The notes: a model not told the origin generated them from the sequence alone. A stretch of 64,000 nucleotides of DNA from Sarea resinae (GCA_026026165.1 JAPEUD010000072.1:1-64000); one strand, 5' to 3'; positions 10,788-24,063 are shown, numbered from the stretch's first letter. Translations and numbers: made by a program.

Positions 10788-12424
10788 ACTTTCTGAATGC
10801 TACAGTTGAATCAGATGAACAGAATTGACTTGAGGTTCGGAAATCAATACTAATAAACACCACGCTTCGACAGGCTAACGAATCCTATACCAATCACTAT
10901 ACGCTTTGTGCTATCGTGAAACTCAAATCGTCGTTTCAAGGACATGGGTTGGTCTCGTCCCTATTGACAAAACTTTGGGACTGAAAGTCATGGCAGATCT
11001 TCACTCTAACCTGCATCGTGAATTTAAGGATGAGGATCAAATTTGTAGGGCGCTTCAACAATATCTTCGTGTTCCTGTACTGACAAGTGCTCAGGGGGAG
11101 CTCGACGTGGATAGAGTGCGGTGAGGGTCTCGTCCCCTGTGGGAAGCTCTTATTCGACTGAGGCATGCGTCCTAATAAGCCCTCTGCAAGACTCTCAACC
11201 ATCACCTACAGGCGGCGCCAACGCGTCCGAGGAGGACCTGCACGCAGACATAAGTACAGGTTAGGAAGTTGGCGATTTCCGATGGTCTCAAGCTAATCCC
11301 GCTGGCAGGCGAGACCTCTCACCCCGCGCCATCTTCACCTAGTCCTTGTACCTGGCACGATGGCTACGTTTCGTATCTGGCTTATTATCCAGACTCCCGG
11401 ATCACCGAGTTTGAATACTACATGGCGGTAGTGGAAACAAGACTGAGGTTGAATAGACAGATGCGAGATCTAAAGGTGCCTATGTCTCTGATGAGTGAAG
11501 AGGAGAGGGCTTAGATAAGAGCGAAATTGGAGCATATCAAGGCTATTCTGACGATGATGCTTGAGAAGATGTAAGGGGCTGGTCTAGACATCAAATGCTT
11601 ATGTAATTATTTATCGACAGATAAGAGATATAAAAGACGCAACTGATGCGAGAAAGGTATCGACGATACAAGGAAGGTGTTTGGCGTAGTTCTATCGGAT
11701 CCAACCAATCTATCTGATCTATCTGATCGACAGCTGTCAATAAGATTCACTTCCGCCCCACGTCCCTTAAAGTCGCCACGAAAGTGAATCATGTTAATAG
11801 AGGCGGCTTGCTTCTACTTATCTATCTACATCCTACTCTGTTCCTCTTATTTCTTCTCTCGCCTTGTCTCTCACTTTGTGTCTGACCTCCTCTCTTTCCT
11901 TCTTAGCCAGATGACCTACAAGTATTGACTTGCATCAACCCTTTATCGACGTCTAGAGACTTGTGCGACCTGTCGTTTTGTGATCCAACCTTATAAGTCC
12001 TTCCTCCTAGTGAACATCTATCGCAATTAGGTCATCTGTGGCCTGACGTCCTAGTAAGTCAAGGCTTTGATGCACTTATTCACGACTAGCTAATACAGCG
12101 TTAAGCCTCACCTCTTGTTGTCCTTCTTATGCGTAGTATCTTCTCTACTCCTCAGATCTTCCTACTAACGCAAGTATTCGTGCAACAACAGTGAGTGGAC
12201 TGAACGACAATCTAGCCCTCTAGTCTAGCTAGGCTGTGGTACTTTGAGTCTGACTCTATTCTAGGTGGTGATCTACTTCTATAAGCGAAGCTTAACATTA
12301 TCGCTAACTCAAACGACGATTCTCACAATATGCGATAGATATTCTGACTGAGGTTAACGATAAGCACTTCTAACATCCGACCTTAAGCGCTCTAGTACAT
12401 CGTGTAGGGTTACTGAGTCCCACT

Positions 12425-13080
12425 ATGATAACGCCTGCCACCTTTGAAGACAGCTAGAAGGGAGTTAAACACTTTAGGAATCTCCCTAGCGCAAATCCAT
12501 TCTGGCCGACAGGCTGTAAAGCCTCTAACAAACGTTATGCCATCGCTAATACTTTCCGTCCAGGCCAGGATATCCCGGACCTGACGTACAGAAAATAGGA
12601 TGACCGCTGTAGAGAGGTCTGTCAAGAGGAGGACATTATCCGCGTGATAGCACAAAGGCAGTACTTCGTGAGCCACATGCTAAGCGACACAGAGATTGTC
12701 ACTAAGATACTTCCAGATCGAATTGGTTTAGAGCCGGACAAAGACTTTTTCAGAGCTTGGCGCGGAAAGATCATAGGCTGGCAAGCAAATTAGCAGTCAG
12801 TCATACTAAGTTAGGTCTTAAAAGGGGTCGAAGAATGCGTTGAAGCGACAGGCGGCCTTGAGAAATAGGCCACTTCTAGGATTGAACAAAGGTACAGGGT
12901 GTACAAAGCCTACTTTCTCTAGGATCCAAAGTTCAGCAGCGTGAATTTTTTGCGGCCAATAATTCCGGGAATCGACATCGATAGGATTTTTGCAAACCAG
13001 GAACAGCCACAAGTGATTTGGCAGAGATACATTTTATTGTCGTTTGTTTACATCTGCAAAGACACTTATAAGTTCTGCAT
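12425..13080 (+). pseudogene. RIP-degraded orphan reading frame
   Basis: Protein-like frame MITPATFEDS*KGVKHF...DKDFFRAWRGKIIGW...FLRPIIPGIDIDRIF, interrupted mainly by TAG codons. Product unknown. Confidence 0.4.
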
Positions 13081-13847
13081 ACTACAAAAGGACCTTAGCG
13101 ACTACTAACGCATTAACAAGACATCGAACGAATGGCTACAGCAGAGCTTAATGCCAGATATCGTCGCACTTGAACTCAGTGGCACTGACCGCATCCCTGT
13201 TCGCTGTGCAGGATTTTTTGACCAAGGACAGAGGAAGCAATTACAGCCTACTGCAGGAAAGCCAGCGCTTGACTTGTCTGATCTAGATTAAGTAAGTTAT
13301 ATCTTTATCTCTTAGCTTGACTTGTAGCTAAATGTCAGTCAATTTAGTGATAGGATTTAGTCAGGGCTAGTATAGTTGTGAATGTTCTTTTTAAGAGAAT
13401 AGTCCTTATTATAGAGACTGGCATAATGCAGAGCTACAATACATTCTCTAGTCAAATTTATTGATTCTCTCACGCTTGCGCATTGTCTTGTGTTAGAATT
13501 GGCCGATCTAACATGATTATCTGACTTGCCTAAATAGAAATTCAATGTAATCCAAAGGAGTTCAACATCTCTATAGGCTAAATTAGGGGGTAAACTAAGC
13601 CAGTTTATAGCCGAATTACTGCCTGAATCAGGCATTAATTCAGGCATAAACTGTTCTATATCTAGCTATATAAACACACTCCTTTTGCTGCTAATTAGTA
13701 GGGTAGAGAATTCAATATATAGCTGATTATTTTAACATCTTAACTCTACTCTGTTGTTGTTAAATATCTGCCTCTAGTTTCCTACACAAAATCTTCTGCA
13801 ATAGATTTTAATTAGGCTTTAAACCTATGCGCTTAGTATTAAGGTAC

Positions 13848-13943
13848 AAGGTTAGATCTAAGGTTAGATCTAAGGTCTAATCTAAGGTCTAATCTAAGGT
13901 CTAATCTAAGGTCAGATTCAAGGTCGGATTTAAGGTCAGATTT
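13848..13943. repeat. 12-bp tandem repeat x8 (AAGGTCNRATYY-like)
   Basis: aaggttagatct x2, aaggtctaatct x3, aaggtcagattc, aaggtcggattt, aaggtcagattt. The minus strand reads like an (E/K)SDL coding repeat. Confidence 0.85.
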
Positions 13944-15690
13944 ATAGTCTTCTCCTACACACCTTACAATCTTAAGTAGGAATAGAGCAGCACAACTAGT
14001 ATCAGCTCATTGAAATTAAGACTAAAGCTAAGGGTTGAAATCTCGAAACTTTTCATGTTTAAGAAAGTAAAAAGTATAACACTATTATCTAGCGTGGGTT
14101 TTAGCACTGTTATTAGTTTTAGATACTAATATAGTCTCTATACTATTGTCGATCTCAGACACTATCACAGTCTCAGACACTATTATTAGTTCTAGATTAG
14201 GGTGCTAGTCTTGCTTAGAATCAAGAGGAACTGATCTTGTTGTGCCTAAGTCTAGCTGATTGTAGATTGCCTGATTATAAGCGGTAGATTAAAGGCTTTC
14301 TAAACCTAGTTAGCGACGTCAGATTATTATTCTCTTAGGAGGCAACCTATATACTCACAGAGGGCCTTCTGCGGCGCGAAACCTAGCTACTAGCGGTGCT
14401 TTAGCATATTTATAAGGCCTAGGGCTAGTTGTGTAGACTGAATGCTGACTCCTGTCGCTAAATTGCTCGCCAAATAGACCTAGGTGCGTGGATCGCTTAA
14501 GGCAGTGATAAAATAGCTGGCTAGATTGCCTCCTACCACTATATTAGCTAAGCAATTCTAAAAAATTAAGTGGATGCAGTATGACAGTTCTATCTGTAGT
14601 AGGCTATACAGGATTTAAGAAGATCATATGCGGTAAACACTATCCGGACTAGGATAATATAGGTATGCTAAAAATAGAGATATGTCTTTGCTATAGGGAT
14701 TCCCCTGCAGAAATCTCCTAAAGAAGTTAAATCTTGTCCCTAGGAACTGTCCTTGTGCTCTCAGCCTACAGGGCCTGTATTGTGCCTTTTAGTACCTCCT
14801 TAGTCGTCTTCCTGCTAGGAATAGCATCTTGTCTTTCTGTTTGCTCCGCTTCTACTCCTGCCACCCCTAGAGTTCGCCTCTCTGCCTTTTAATCTTTAGA
14901 AGGCGTCTTATGTATCTCAACTTCACAATCCTTAATCCTACCCTACGCTAGGGCAGAACCTTAGGCTCGCTAGAAAGTATAGGTTATTTGAAGGACAAGA
15001 CACAAGAGCTTAAGGTTGCAGCCTCCTGCTTGTCGTCAGACATCAACGTCCTCTAGGCGTAGAAATACGTTTCAGTACCCTACATCCACCTTTAGCACCT
15101 TTAGGTGTTTGAAACTTGATTGTCACAGAAGCAAGGGTTAATTTGAGAACGCGACCTAAGGACCTGAGGTTGCAGCCTCTTGTTTGTTGTCGCATATCAA
15201 CGTTCCCTAGACACTTTAAAAGCGTTCCAGTACCTAAACTTTTGTGCTTGATGGTTTCTTGAGGGCTCTTAGAGATCCGTGGCAGTGACGGCATTAAAGC
15301 ATAAGAGCATCAGGTTAACGTCTCCTGCTCAAAAAGCTTTGACTACTTGCCTCCTAGACATTATTCTGGGCGCCGCGGATCGAAGAGATGCGAGTCTAAG
15401 TCCGATCTGCTTAGCACCATAGTCAGTCCTTTTGCTTAAATTTTCTGGGCAGAGAAAACTAACCCTACAAATAGTCGACCGCATCGTCAATCCCTGGTAT
15501 AGTCGACCGCATCAGCAAACCCTGGTACTAAGCCGCCACTGTCCGGAAATATCCCTGGGGCTATTATCTAGACAACACGCCCTCAAGCTGATACCGAAAT
15601 CAACATTCTATCACTAAAGGTAGTGAGTTTCGTCAGATTGTGTCTCTAGACTGTGGATCGCGCTACTTTGTTAGGCTTCTGATTTGGATC

Positions 15691-15856
15691 GAGTTGGGCA
15701 GTCTCTAAACTGCCTGTCCTAGCCGTGTCCAACGTGCTAAGTTAAGCCGTCTCTTTGCGGCTAGAGTTGGGCAGTCTTATTATACTGCTTGTCCTGGCCG
15801 TGTCCAACGTGCTGAGTTGAGCTGTCTCTTTACAGCTCGAGTTGAATAGTCTCTAT
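15691..15856. repeat. ~74-bp tandem repeat, 2.2 copies
   Basis: GAGTTGGGCAGTCT...GCCGTGTCCAACGTGCT units start at 15691, 15764 and 15839 (partial). Confidence 0.85.
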
Positions 15857-16459
15857 CACTAACAAGGCGCAATCTAGGACTTTGTAGGTGTCGTGGGCGG
15901 CTTATGTAGGCTTGAGCTGTTTTGCCCTATGCTGGATTTCTCTTGAAGCTCTCTATAAGTGGCTTTGTAGGTGTTGGTTCTTATCGCTGTTATATTGTGA
16001 TTCCTTTCTAATCGCTTGACAAGTGGCTGTGTAGGTGTTTCGCCGAGTACAGGTTGGTGGTCATAGAGCGTCATATTCAGGAGGATACCTCCCCAAATAT
16101 TCACCACCCTCTCATCTTAACCTTGCTTCCTTCACTTCACCACCTCTATCTCGCTCACCTTCGCTCTCAAACTCCCATCCTCTTATCTTATCACTATCCT
16201 CACTATCCTTATCATCTTTACCATCCTCACATCTTCTCATCCTCTCATCTCTAGCATCCTCATCGCTCATCGCTTTCATCCTTTCCGATCATCATCAGCT
16301 CGATAGACCACGGTCGCCACAACGCGCTCGTTATTATATCCTCTGCAAAGGTTCGAAATAGAGGTTGGACAGACGACAAGGCTGTATCGGCGACAGAAAA
16401 CTCAAGTCTTTTCAAGGATTTGTCTCAAGCACAGCTCCGAAAGAAACGATTTCTAAGGT

Positions 16460-17680
16460 ATGTCCACCGAGATGAATCAATCAGCTCAATTGTTGACAAC
16501 CCTATGCAGAGCTACCCAAAGCCGTCAGCTTTTCGTTGTTGTCGGAGGAGAATCAAACCCGAAACCCTACCATATACCCCACCAGCTCCTGACTCAGTAT
16601 TCACTCTCGCTCAAGGAGCGCTGCACTGCCCTAGACAAGGAAGCGGGCGAGCCAGAGATCACGTTCTCCGAGGTAGACCCTGTCACTTTCGATACATTTC
16701 TGCTCTGGGCAGCTAGGATCGAACCGCATCTCCCGGAGTACGAAGACGAACTTGATCTTGTCAAGCTCTCGATCTTTGCCGAAACACATGACGTCTTACT
16801 CCTCAAGAACCAAACCTTGGACCATATGCGGAAAGCCATGAGTGAGGACCGCTGGGCTTTCACTCCTGAACTCACAAAGGTAATCTATTCCCACACGCTA
16901 CCGGGATCCGACCTGCGAAAGTTGGTTATCCATGGCTTCAGGGTCAACCCGTTACTACTCCGAGAGACGAATCTTGGTGGCGCAGACTGGAAGGGGGTCT
17001 TTCAAGAGTTCAGCAACCTTGGATGGGATTATTTCCTGCGCGAACAGACGATACAGAAAAGCGTCACTTCTGTGGGACCCTGTTTCTTTCATGACCACTC
17101 TGATATCGTCGATCGCGATTCACATGCCTATTGGCGTCAGAGAGAGTGCCCATTTCCTTATGGTGCTCCAGTCCGAGCCGAAGAGGCATTCGACTCTGAG
17201 ATGTTATCTGATTCCAAGGACGATTCCCAAGGAGAGGATGAGTCTGACGCAGTACTGCCGAACCCAGACATCAATGAATCGGAGCTTTTTAGGGTGGATG
17301 GGCCTCTACCTGTAGAGGAGCCTGCCCCCCCAGAGGAGCCTGCATCCCCAGGGGAGCCTGCACCCGCGGAAGAGACCCCACCACCTGCCGAAGAAGAGGT
17401 CGAGCCCGACGTATACCCTGAGCCGGTAATCGTGGAAGATGCCGAGCATGCCCCTGAACCTTCCGAAGAGACAGACGTTGCATTCCCCGAATTCCTCGAG
17501 CCGACCGCCGCTGACGAGGTACCGTCCGCACCTGATGATCCGGAAGGTCGCGAGGGACTTGAGAAAGATGAGACCGCGAATAGTGAACCTACTCCTTTGC
17601 CCGATGAGGCACTCAATGACGATTGGTGGGGTCCGAAACCATCGCGTCGTAAAAAGAAGAACAAGGGGCACCCTTATTAG
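16460..17680 (+). CDS. BTB/POZ-domain protein with acidic Pro/Glu-rich tail and basic C-terminus
   Basis: 406-aa intronless ORF with a fungal BTB pattern (FVVVGG..YHIPHQLLTQYS..ITFSEVDPVTFDTFLLW..LVKLSIFAE..LKNQTLD), a CxFHDH motif, EEPAP repeats and a terminal RRKKKNK. Confidence 0.8.
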   Translation: MSTEMNQSAQLLTTLCRATQSRQLFVVVGGESNPKPYHIPHQLLTQYSLSLKERCTALDKEAGEPEITFSEVDPVTFDTFLLWAARIEPHLPEYEDELDLVKLSIFAETHDVLLLKNQTLDHMRKAMSEDRWAFTPELTKVIYSHTLPGSDLRKLVIHGFRVNPLLLRETNLGGADWKGVFQEFSNLGWDYFLREQTIQKSVTSVGPCFFHDHSDIVDRDSHAYWRQRECPFPYGAPVRAEEAFDSEMLSDSKDDSQGEDESDAVLPNPDINESELFRVDGPLPVEEPAPPEEPASPGEPAPAEETPPPAEEEVEPDVYPEPVIVEDAEHAPEPSEETDVAFPEFLEPTAADEVPSAPDDPEGREGLEKDETANSEPTPLPDEALNDDWWGPKPSRRKKKNKGHPY

Positions 17681-18783
17681 CCATCGATGGGGACCTAAGA
17701 GGGGAAGCAGCGCTTTAAATCCTTTCGTGGCGGCCGCTGATAAAGGGTAGGTAGGTATGTGAAAGAAAGCTAAAGAGATAGCCGAACGTCTCCTTAAGAG
17801 ACCTTTTCCTTCTATAAGCCTCATTTCACAGAACGATGTATGATTTGCGCGTTGTTTCCTGTTCGTTGATGCCTAATAATTATTGTAACAGAGCGAACAA
17901 TAATACAGAGTGTCCGATGTCATTATCCAAATAGTGCGCGTGTAATATCTTACCTTTTCCCTCTTTTAGCTGTGCCTCTAGCTCAGTGGATTTACAGAGG
18001 GCGCGTAAGAACAGATATTGAACGTGCGGATGTCATAGCTGTATTTCGCCTTCGCTTTCGCCATTTTTTCAGTAGTACACCTAGTCACCGCCGCAGCGCC
18101 AGTCCGCGATCAATTAGCTTATGCGCTTCTAGATCTCCTATTTTAATGTTATAGACTTACTTGATCCGAGAAAGTCAACGCAAAATAAGCTGAAAGTAGA
18201 GAGCCAGGGCACTTTTAGCTACTAAGGTACTCTCTATCACAGTATTATATCTAGGTGAAAAGTACTAGATTATTGAATTACGGTATTGGGAACTAGTTGT
18301 TTTTAGAGCGAATCACTCTAATTCAACAGTGGAGTGCATCTGATATGATTCTTCGAACGGTAGAATTCTACAAGAGGCTAAGGTATAGTGTTATAGCGAC
18401 CTTAGGTATGCACACCCACAATGCTTACTTTGTGCTACTCTGTGTGGCTCACAGTGCATTGGTTTACGCTCATTGACTCACACCGCGTGGCTTATGCTCT
18501 AAATGGGCTTACTGACAGGTCAATCTGTAGCCGAGGGGACTCGGTGGGCTTGGGTTGTGGACCTCGATGCTACCACTAATAGAGGCATCAAGCGCCTTCC
18601 TGTAGTCCTGAAGCTTGACAAGGCAGAGCAAAGATGATATAAGGCACTCGACTCGTCCACAGTGAATAGGCCATTGCTATTTGACAGATTTAATGGTCTC
18701 GGATTCGATTCTTGGCTGCAACAGAAGTCACACACTTTGTCGGTGCCAAAGAGCCATCCGCACGCGCGCAATTCCGTGTCAAG

Positions 18784-19837
18784 ATGAACCCAGTCAATAC
18801 CAAACCGTATGAACTACCGCCCGATGCGACCTGGTTGGGTGAGATTTCCCTCGTTGTTTCTGCAGGCGAACATCAGGCAAAACAGCAAAGTCTCTAACAT
18901 TTCTGCCGAAAGTGACCGGTTGTTCGTCGGGCATCGGTCGCGAGATTGCAAGCTTGGTCGCGAGCAAGCCAAACCAGCGCCTGATTGCCACGGCTCGTAA
19001 CCCTTCCAGCCTTTCTTACCTGCCAGATGCAAACCCCAATGTCCTCAAGCTTGCCTTGGATGTGACTGCAGTCGATTCGGTTGACGCCGCTTTCGCTGCT
19101 GCTGCGAAGCACTTCGGCAAGGATTTCCATCTCGATGTCGTGGTCAACAATGCCGGCTACGCCCTCTCGGGCGACACCGAGGCTGCGACAGAAGAGGAAA
19201 TACATCAGGAGATGGAGACACTGTTCTTCGGCACGGCGCGAGTCAGCGTGCGTGCCATTGAGGTCATGCGAAAGGCCAAAGACCATCGAGGCGGCCTGAT
19301 CTTCAATATCTCGTCTCTGGCTGGGCTGTGCGCCTTTCCTGGTCACGCGTACTACCATGCCGGTAAATTCGCCGTTGAAGGTTTTTCCGAGTCGGTAGCA
19401 AGGGAGATGCACCCAGACTGGAATAGTAAGCTACGACCCTCGATAAACATCTTCGGACCCTTCAAAGGAAATGGTCATGGCTAACCTTCCAATTCGCCTT
19501 TATAGTCCATTCCTGTATAGTAGAGCCTGGCGCCGTCAAGACCAACTTCGAAGGCCATAGCAAAGCCCGCACCAAGCCGCATCCGGCCTACGCTGCGGAT
19601 GACATGCCGTCTCGAACGCTCGAGTCCTATGTAAACAAGGGTCTCAAGTCCGGTGTAGGTATCGAACCTTTCGCTGTAGCGGAGACTATATTTACCATTG
19701 CTAGCCGTGGCGAGCGCATCCCGCTTCGGCTTCCCTTGGGTGCGGTGGCCTGGAAGCTGGCAAAGTCCAAGTTCGAGGGCCTTCTAGGCGAGCTGGATGC
19801 CGTCAAGGAAGTGAGCGCCATGGGCCAGGAAGTCTGA
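18784..19837 (+). CDS. Short-chain dehydrogenase/reductase
   Basis: TWL|VTGCSSGIG, VVNNAGY, NISS, YHAGK (YxxxK), VEPG; two introns. Confidence 0.92.
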
Positions 19838-20359
19838 AGCGAACGGCTCAACATTCAGCTATTGAGCGCTCCGGCAAAGTTGCTTATCTTAGGGTCGTGA
19901 GCGTCGACAGAAGGGTCTTGCCGAGCATGATCTACTGAGGGTTCAAGTGTTGCGCAGTAGAGAGTCTTTATTTAAGCGTACTTGCCTTGTCTATCGATTT
20001 TAAAAGCAAGCTTGCTCATAGTCATAAGTGTATCTGAATACGCCTTACCCCCTAAGTTTGTTACCTGTTCGGGCCTAAGGTATCCCGGGATCGCCAAGAC
20101 CATCCCGGCGGTCGATCATTCCCGAGATCAAGCCATCACGCTAACGTCACCTCTCAATAAGGTACTCCGCAACTCCGCAACTCCGCCCAGACTCAGGGCA
20201 CCTTGTCTACTCCGGGAGTAGATTTCCTCTCCGCCATTCCGCTCACTCGTTCCGAAGGCATGTACCGCGTAATTTGTCTTCCTGCTATATACCCGTAGCC
20301 AGCTGCACTTATCCATCAATGCGATTACTCCCACGACCAACCAATCCACTGCAATCAAC

Positions 20360-21392
20360 ATGTCGAAGCTCTCTGCCCCGTTAAAGGGTCTCATCAAGGC
20401 TCCGTTTGCGAAGCCCGACACCACAACGGCGCCCTCCAACATTCGATCGGTATATGAGAAAATAGCCCACGAAGCCTCTTCGAAAAATGTCGGACTTCCA
20501 TACTGGCTGACAATTTCGGTACGTGCTCGCAGGCTACCTATTCAAGTCCCATGCGTCAGTCCTGACGGAGTCTAGACGGCCGCTACCATGACGATGAACT
20601 CGCCTAATGCTCTCACGGAGCTTTATCGGTTAGCGACCTCATCGAAAGGCAACAAAGAATCGGCGTCGACGGCCGAGTTCATGCGCGAGATTGGTCTCAA
20701 ATGCATCAGTTTCAACGGGGTCAGCAGCTGTGATGCTCAAAGGGACGATCAAATCCGCTGACTGCTCGCATCGCAGATCCCTCGGACGATCAATTGCCTC
20801 GGTCCATTTCGCGCAAGCTTGCCCGGCGATGTCGTCCAATCATTATCAACAAAGACGACACGGTAAGAGCATCAGACCTTCCAGCCTCAATAACCTTGTC
20901 GTCCGTACTCATTCTTTCGGCGGCTCCAGCGTCCCGACCAAGGAAAACATTGACGAAATCAAAGACCGCGGCGACAAGCTGTGGCAATCCATCTACGTGC
21001 CCTTCGACGAGAAGCTAACAGCTAAGCTTGGCGAATCGCACCCGGACCTCCCCATCTACATCATCAGCTACCACTACGGCGCTCTCCTAGCCGATCCCGA
21101 TCGCGGCGATCTGCCCAAAGTTGACCGTGTATTGACATCCGTCGTGGCCGTTGCGTGCCTGCGCGCCCAGACCGGCGTTGGTCCTCAGGTCACCTCACAT
21201 CTCTTTGGGCTACGGAAGGCGTTTGAACAAGGTACGGGTCTTGAGCCGGCCGAAAAAGAGGATCAGGGTGCACGATGGCTTGCGAGCAATGAGGGTAGTA
21301 TTTGGATTCTGGAGACCGTGGACAAGATCGTCGAAGCCATCGGCCAGGGTCAAGGGACGACGTTTGCACCAGGCATCAGGTCGAAGCTGTGA
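20360..21392 (+). CDS. AhpD/carboxymuconolactone-decarboxylase-like protein with peroxisomal targeting signal
   Basis: Spliced exons give [21 protein letters not shown] and [21 protein letters not shown]-terminal SKL. Confidence 0.75.
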
Positions 21393-21902
21393 TTTCCCCC
21401 CTCATATCACTTGTCCATGACCACTTCTCAATTGTATATATGCTGCATCATCACCAACCACTGTAATATATCTTACGGCAGATCAACAGTGTCTCGTATT
21501 GCGAGGGAGGCCGAGGGATGGAAGTCGTCAATGTCATCGTACTCCGTACAAGCATCAAGATCCTCTACTCGTGCCGTTCAGAAGATCTTGCCAGGCCTCC
21601 TTGTTATATCTCAAATTGGGACTGGGTGACATTTCTGTTCTCTCATAAAAAAAGTCAGACATCAATCTTTGGTGTATCTAGAAGACGGGGTAGCTGGGGG
21701 TGGCAAGATCCTCTGAACGGCCCGAGTTACGGAGAAAGGTACGGAGTGATCGGAGGTGCGTGCGCTAACCGAAAGGGCCAAGCACCCCGGCGCAACTCCG
21801 AACATCACGATTCCATGAACTGACGTACCCGACGAATGTTGTGATTTAAATCATGGATCCCCGGATTTGTCGGAGTCGTTTTCCCCTCAGCACCATACAA
21901 CC

Positions 21903-24063
21903 ATGGCTTCGATTAGAAGAATCTCCGTGTCCTTAGCAAGCTCGAGGGCGAGCCTCCTCGTCACCTCTCCTCTCTATCATCCGTCACGACTAGCAGCAGT
22001 CTCCATCAAGTCCAGACAATACGGCGCACGACAATTCCAGACTTCATCGCCTCGCCGATCAAATCCCATAGCCAGCAAGGCTCCAAAGATTGATCGGGCT
22101 GCCTCGAAGCTTTTCAAAGACGCTGACGCCGCCGTGGCAGACCTGCAGAGTGGTTCGACCATTCTGAGCGCCGGGTTCGGACTATGCGGAACAGCCGGTA
22201 TGGCGGTCAATTCGCAGTCGAGAATGCCACGTTCTAACTTCTCTGCAGAAACGATCATTGCAGCGATCAATCGAAGAGGCATCGATAACTTGCACTCGCT
22301 CACGGCGGTTTCAAATAATGCTGGAAAGGATGGCGCTGGTGGACTCTCGATCCTCACCGAATCCGGACAAGTGAATCGTTTGATTATCTCATACCTCGGA
22401 AACAACAAAACCCTGGAGAAACAATATCTCACCGGCCATATCGCCATTGAGCTTTGCCCTCAAGGAACGCTGGCGGAGAGGCTGAGAGCGGGAGGGGCTG
22501 GAATTCCGGCCTTCTATACCCCAACTGGAGTTCGTACGTATCCGACCGGCCGAAAGTCATATGGGAGACACAGCTCACTGCCTCTCAGATACCTCGATCC
22601 AAAACGGCGAGATTCCAGTGCGCCTAGGGCTTCCCGATAAAGAAAGCAAGACATCGGTTGTGCTGGAGAAAGGGAAGCCAAGGGAAACGCGGATTTTCGA
22701 TGGCAAGATCTATAACATGGAGAAAGCGATCAAAGGTGACGTGGCTATCATTCGGGCATGGAAAGTCGACGAAGCAGGGAATTGTCAATTCCGGTAGGTC
22801 ATTCGTATCCTGGTCTATTGGCGAGTCTCCCCTAACGCGGTCTTTGACAGCTACACAACCAAGGCGTTTGGGCCCCTCATGGCCAAAGCAGCTCGACTCT
22901 CCATCGTCGAAGCCGAGAACATCGTACCGATTGGTGCAATCGACGCGAATGACGTCGCGCTTCCAGGAATCTACATTGATAGAATCGTCCCCGCGACGGT
23001 CGACAAAAAGATTGAGATCCGCAAGACTCGAGATCCTGAGGGTAAAGAAGATCTCTCGATGACCGGACCCCAGGCCAAACGGAATCGGATCGCCAAGAGG
23101 GCTGCCAAAGAACTCAAGCATGGATACTATGTCAATCTCGGAGTCGGCAAGTCCTCTCTCTCCACGTGCGCAAGCCGCCTCTGGCTAATCCTCTCACAGG
23201 AATCCCCACCCTCGCACCATCTTTCTTGCCGTCCGAGACCCGGGTCTGGATCCAGTCTGAAAATGGTATTCTCGGAATGGGACCGTATCCAACAGACGAC
23301 GAAGTCGATCCGTACGCGCTTTCCATCGCTTTCGCTTTCGTAGCTAACGTCGTTGTTTCGTTGTTCATAGTGACATCGTCAATGCCGGCAAGGAGACCGT
23401 CACTCTTGTACCCGGAGCCTCGACATTCGACAGCTCTGAATCGTTCGGGATGATCCGGGGCGGCCATGTCGATGTATCTATCCTCGGAGTAAGTTCTATC
23501 TGTCCCCACCGTTTCTTCACCGGCCTGTATCTAACGCAGCCAAGGCCCTCCAAGTCAGCGCCACTGGCGACCTCGCCAACTACATGATCCCCGGAAAGGT
23601 TCGTCTATGATACGCGCCACCTGACAAAGAGAAAAAATCATCATGCTAACCCCTATCGTTTTCGGCGACGTAGAAATTCAAGGGCATGGGCGGCGCCATG
23701 GACCTGATCTCGAACCCAGACGAAACCAAGATCGTGGTCGCGACCTCGCACGTCGCCAAGGACGGCTCGCCGAAGATCGTCGCCAACTGCCAACTGCCCC
23801 TCACGGGCGCCCGCTGCGTCAGCACGATCATCACTGATCTCGTGAGTTCCCCCTGTGTTGTGTCCCCGCTTTTCCCTTTTCCTTTTGTGTGTGTGGGCAT
23901 GCGTTCTTGGAGGCTGATTCCCCTGCAGTGCGTGTTCGAAGTCGACCGGACCAAGGGCGAGCTCACCCTCACAGAACTAGCGCCTGGTGTCGAGCTGGAA
24001 GAAGTCAAGCAGAAGACGGGCACTACGTTTGCGGTGGCGGAGAAGATCAAGTCGATGGAGTAA
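21903..24063 (+). CDS. Succinyl-CoA:3-ketoacid CoA transferase (SCOT), mitochondrial
   Basis: [60 protein letters not shown]; multi-exon, with an R/S-rich presequence. Confidence 0.95.

Noticed and set aside
13848..15856. CRISPR-like arrays
   Set aside because: Eukaryotic DNA; the repeats are contiguous tandem units without unique spacers, and no cas genes are present.
1..18400. Calling the accessory region a Starship
   Set aside because: No DUF3435 captain or supportable target-site duplication is visible in the window; the recombinase-like domain here is fused to RecQ and has a different architecture.
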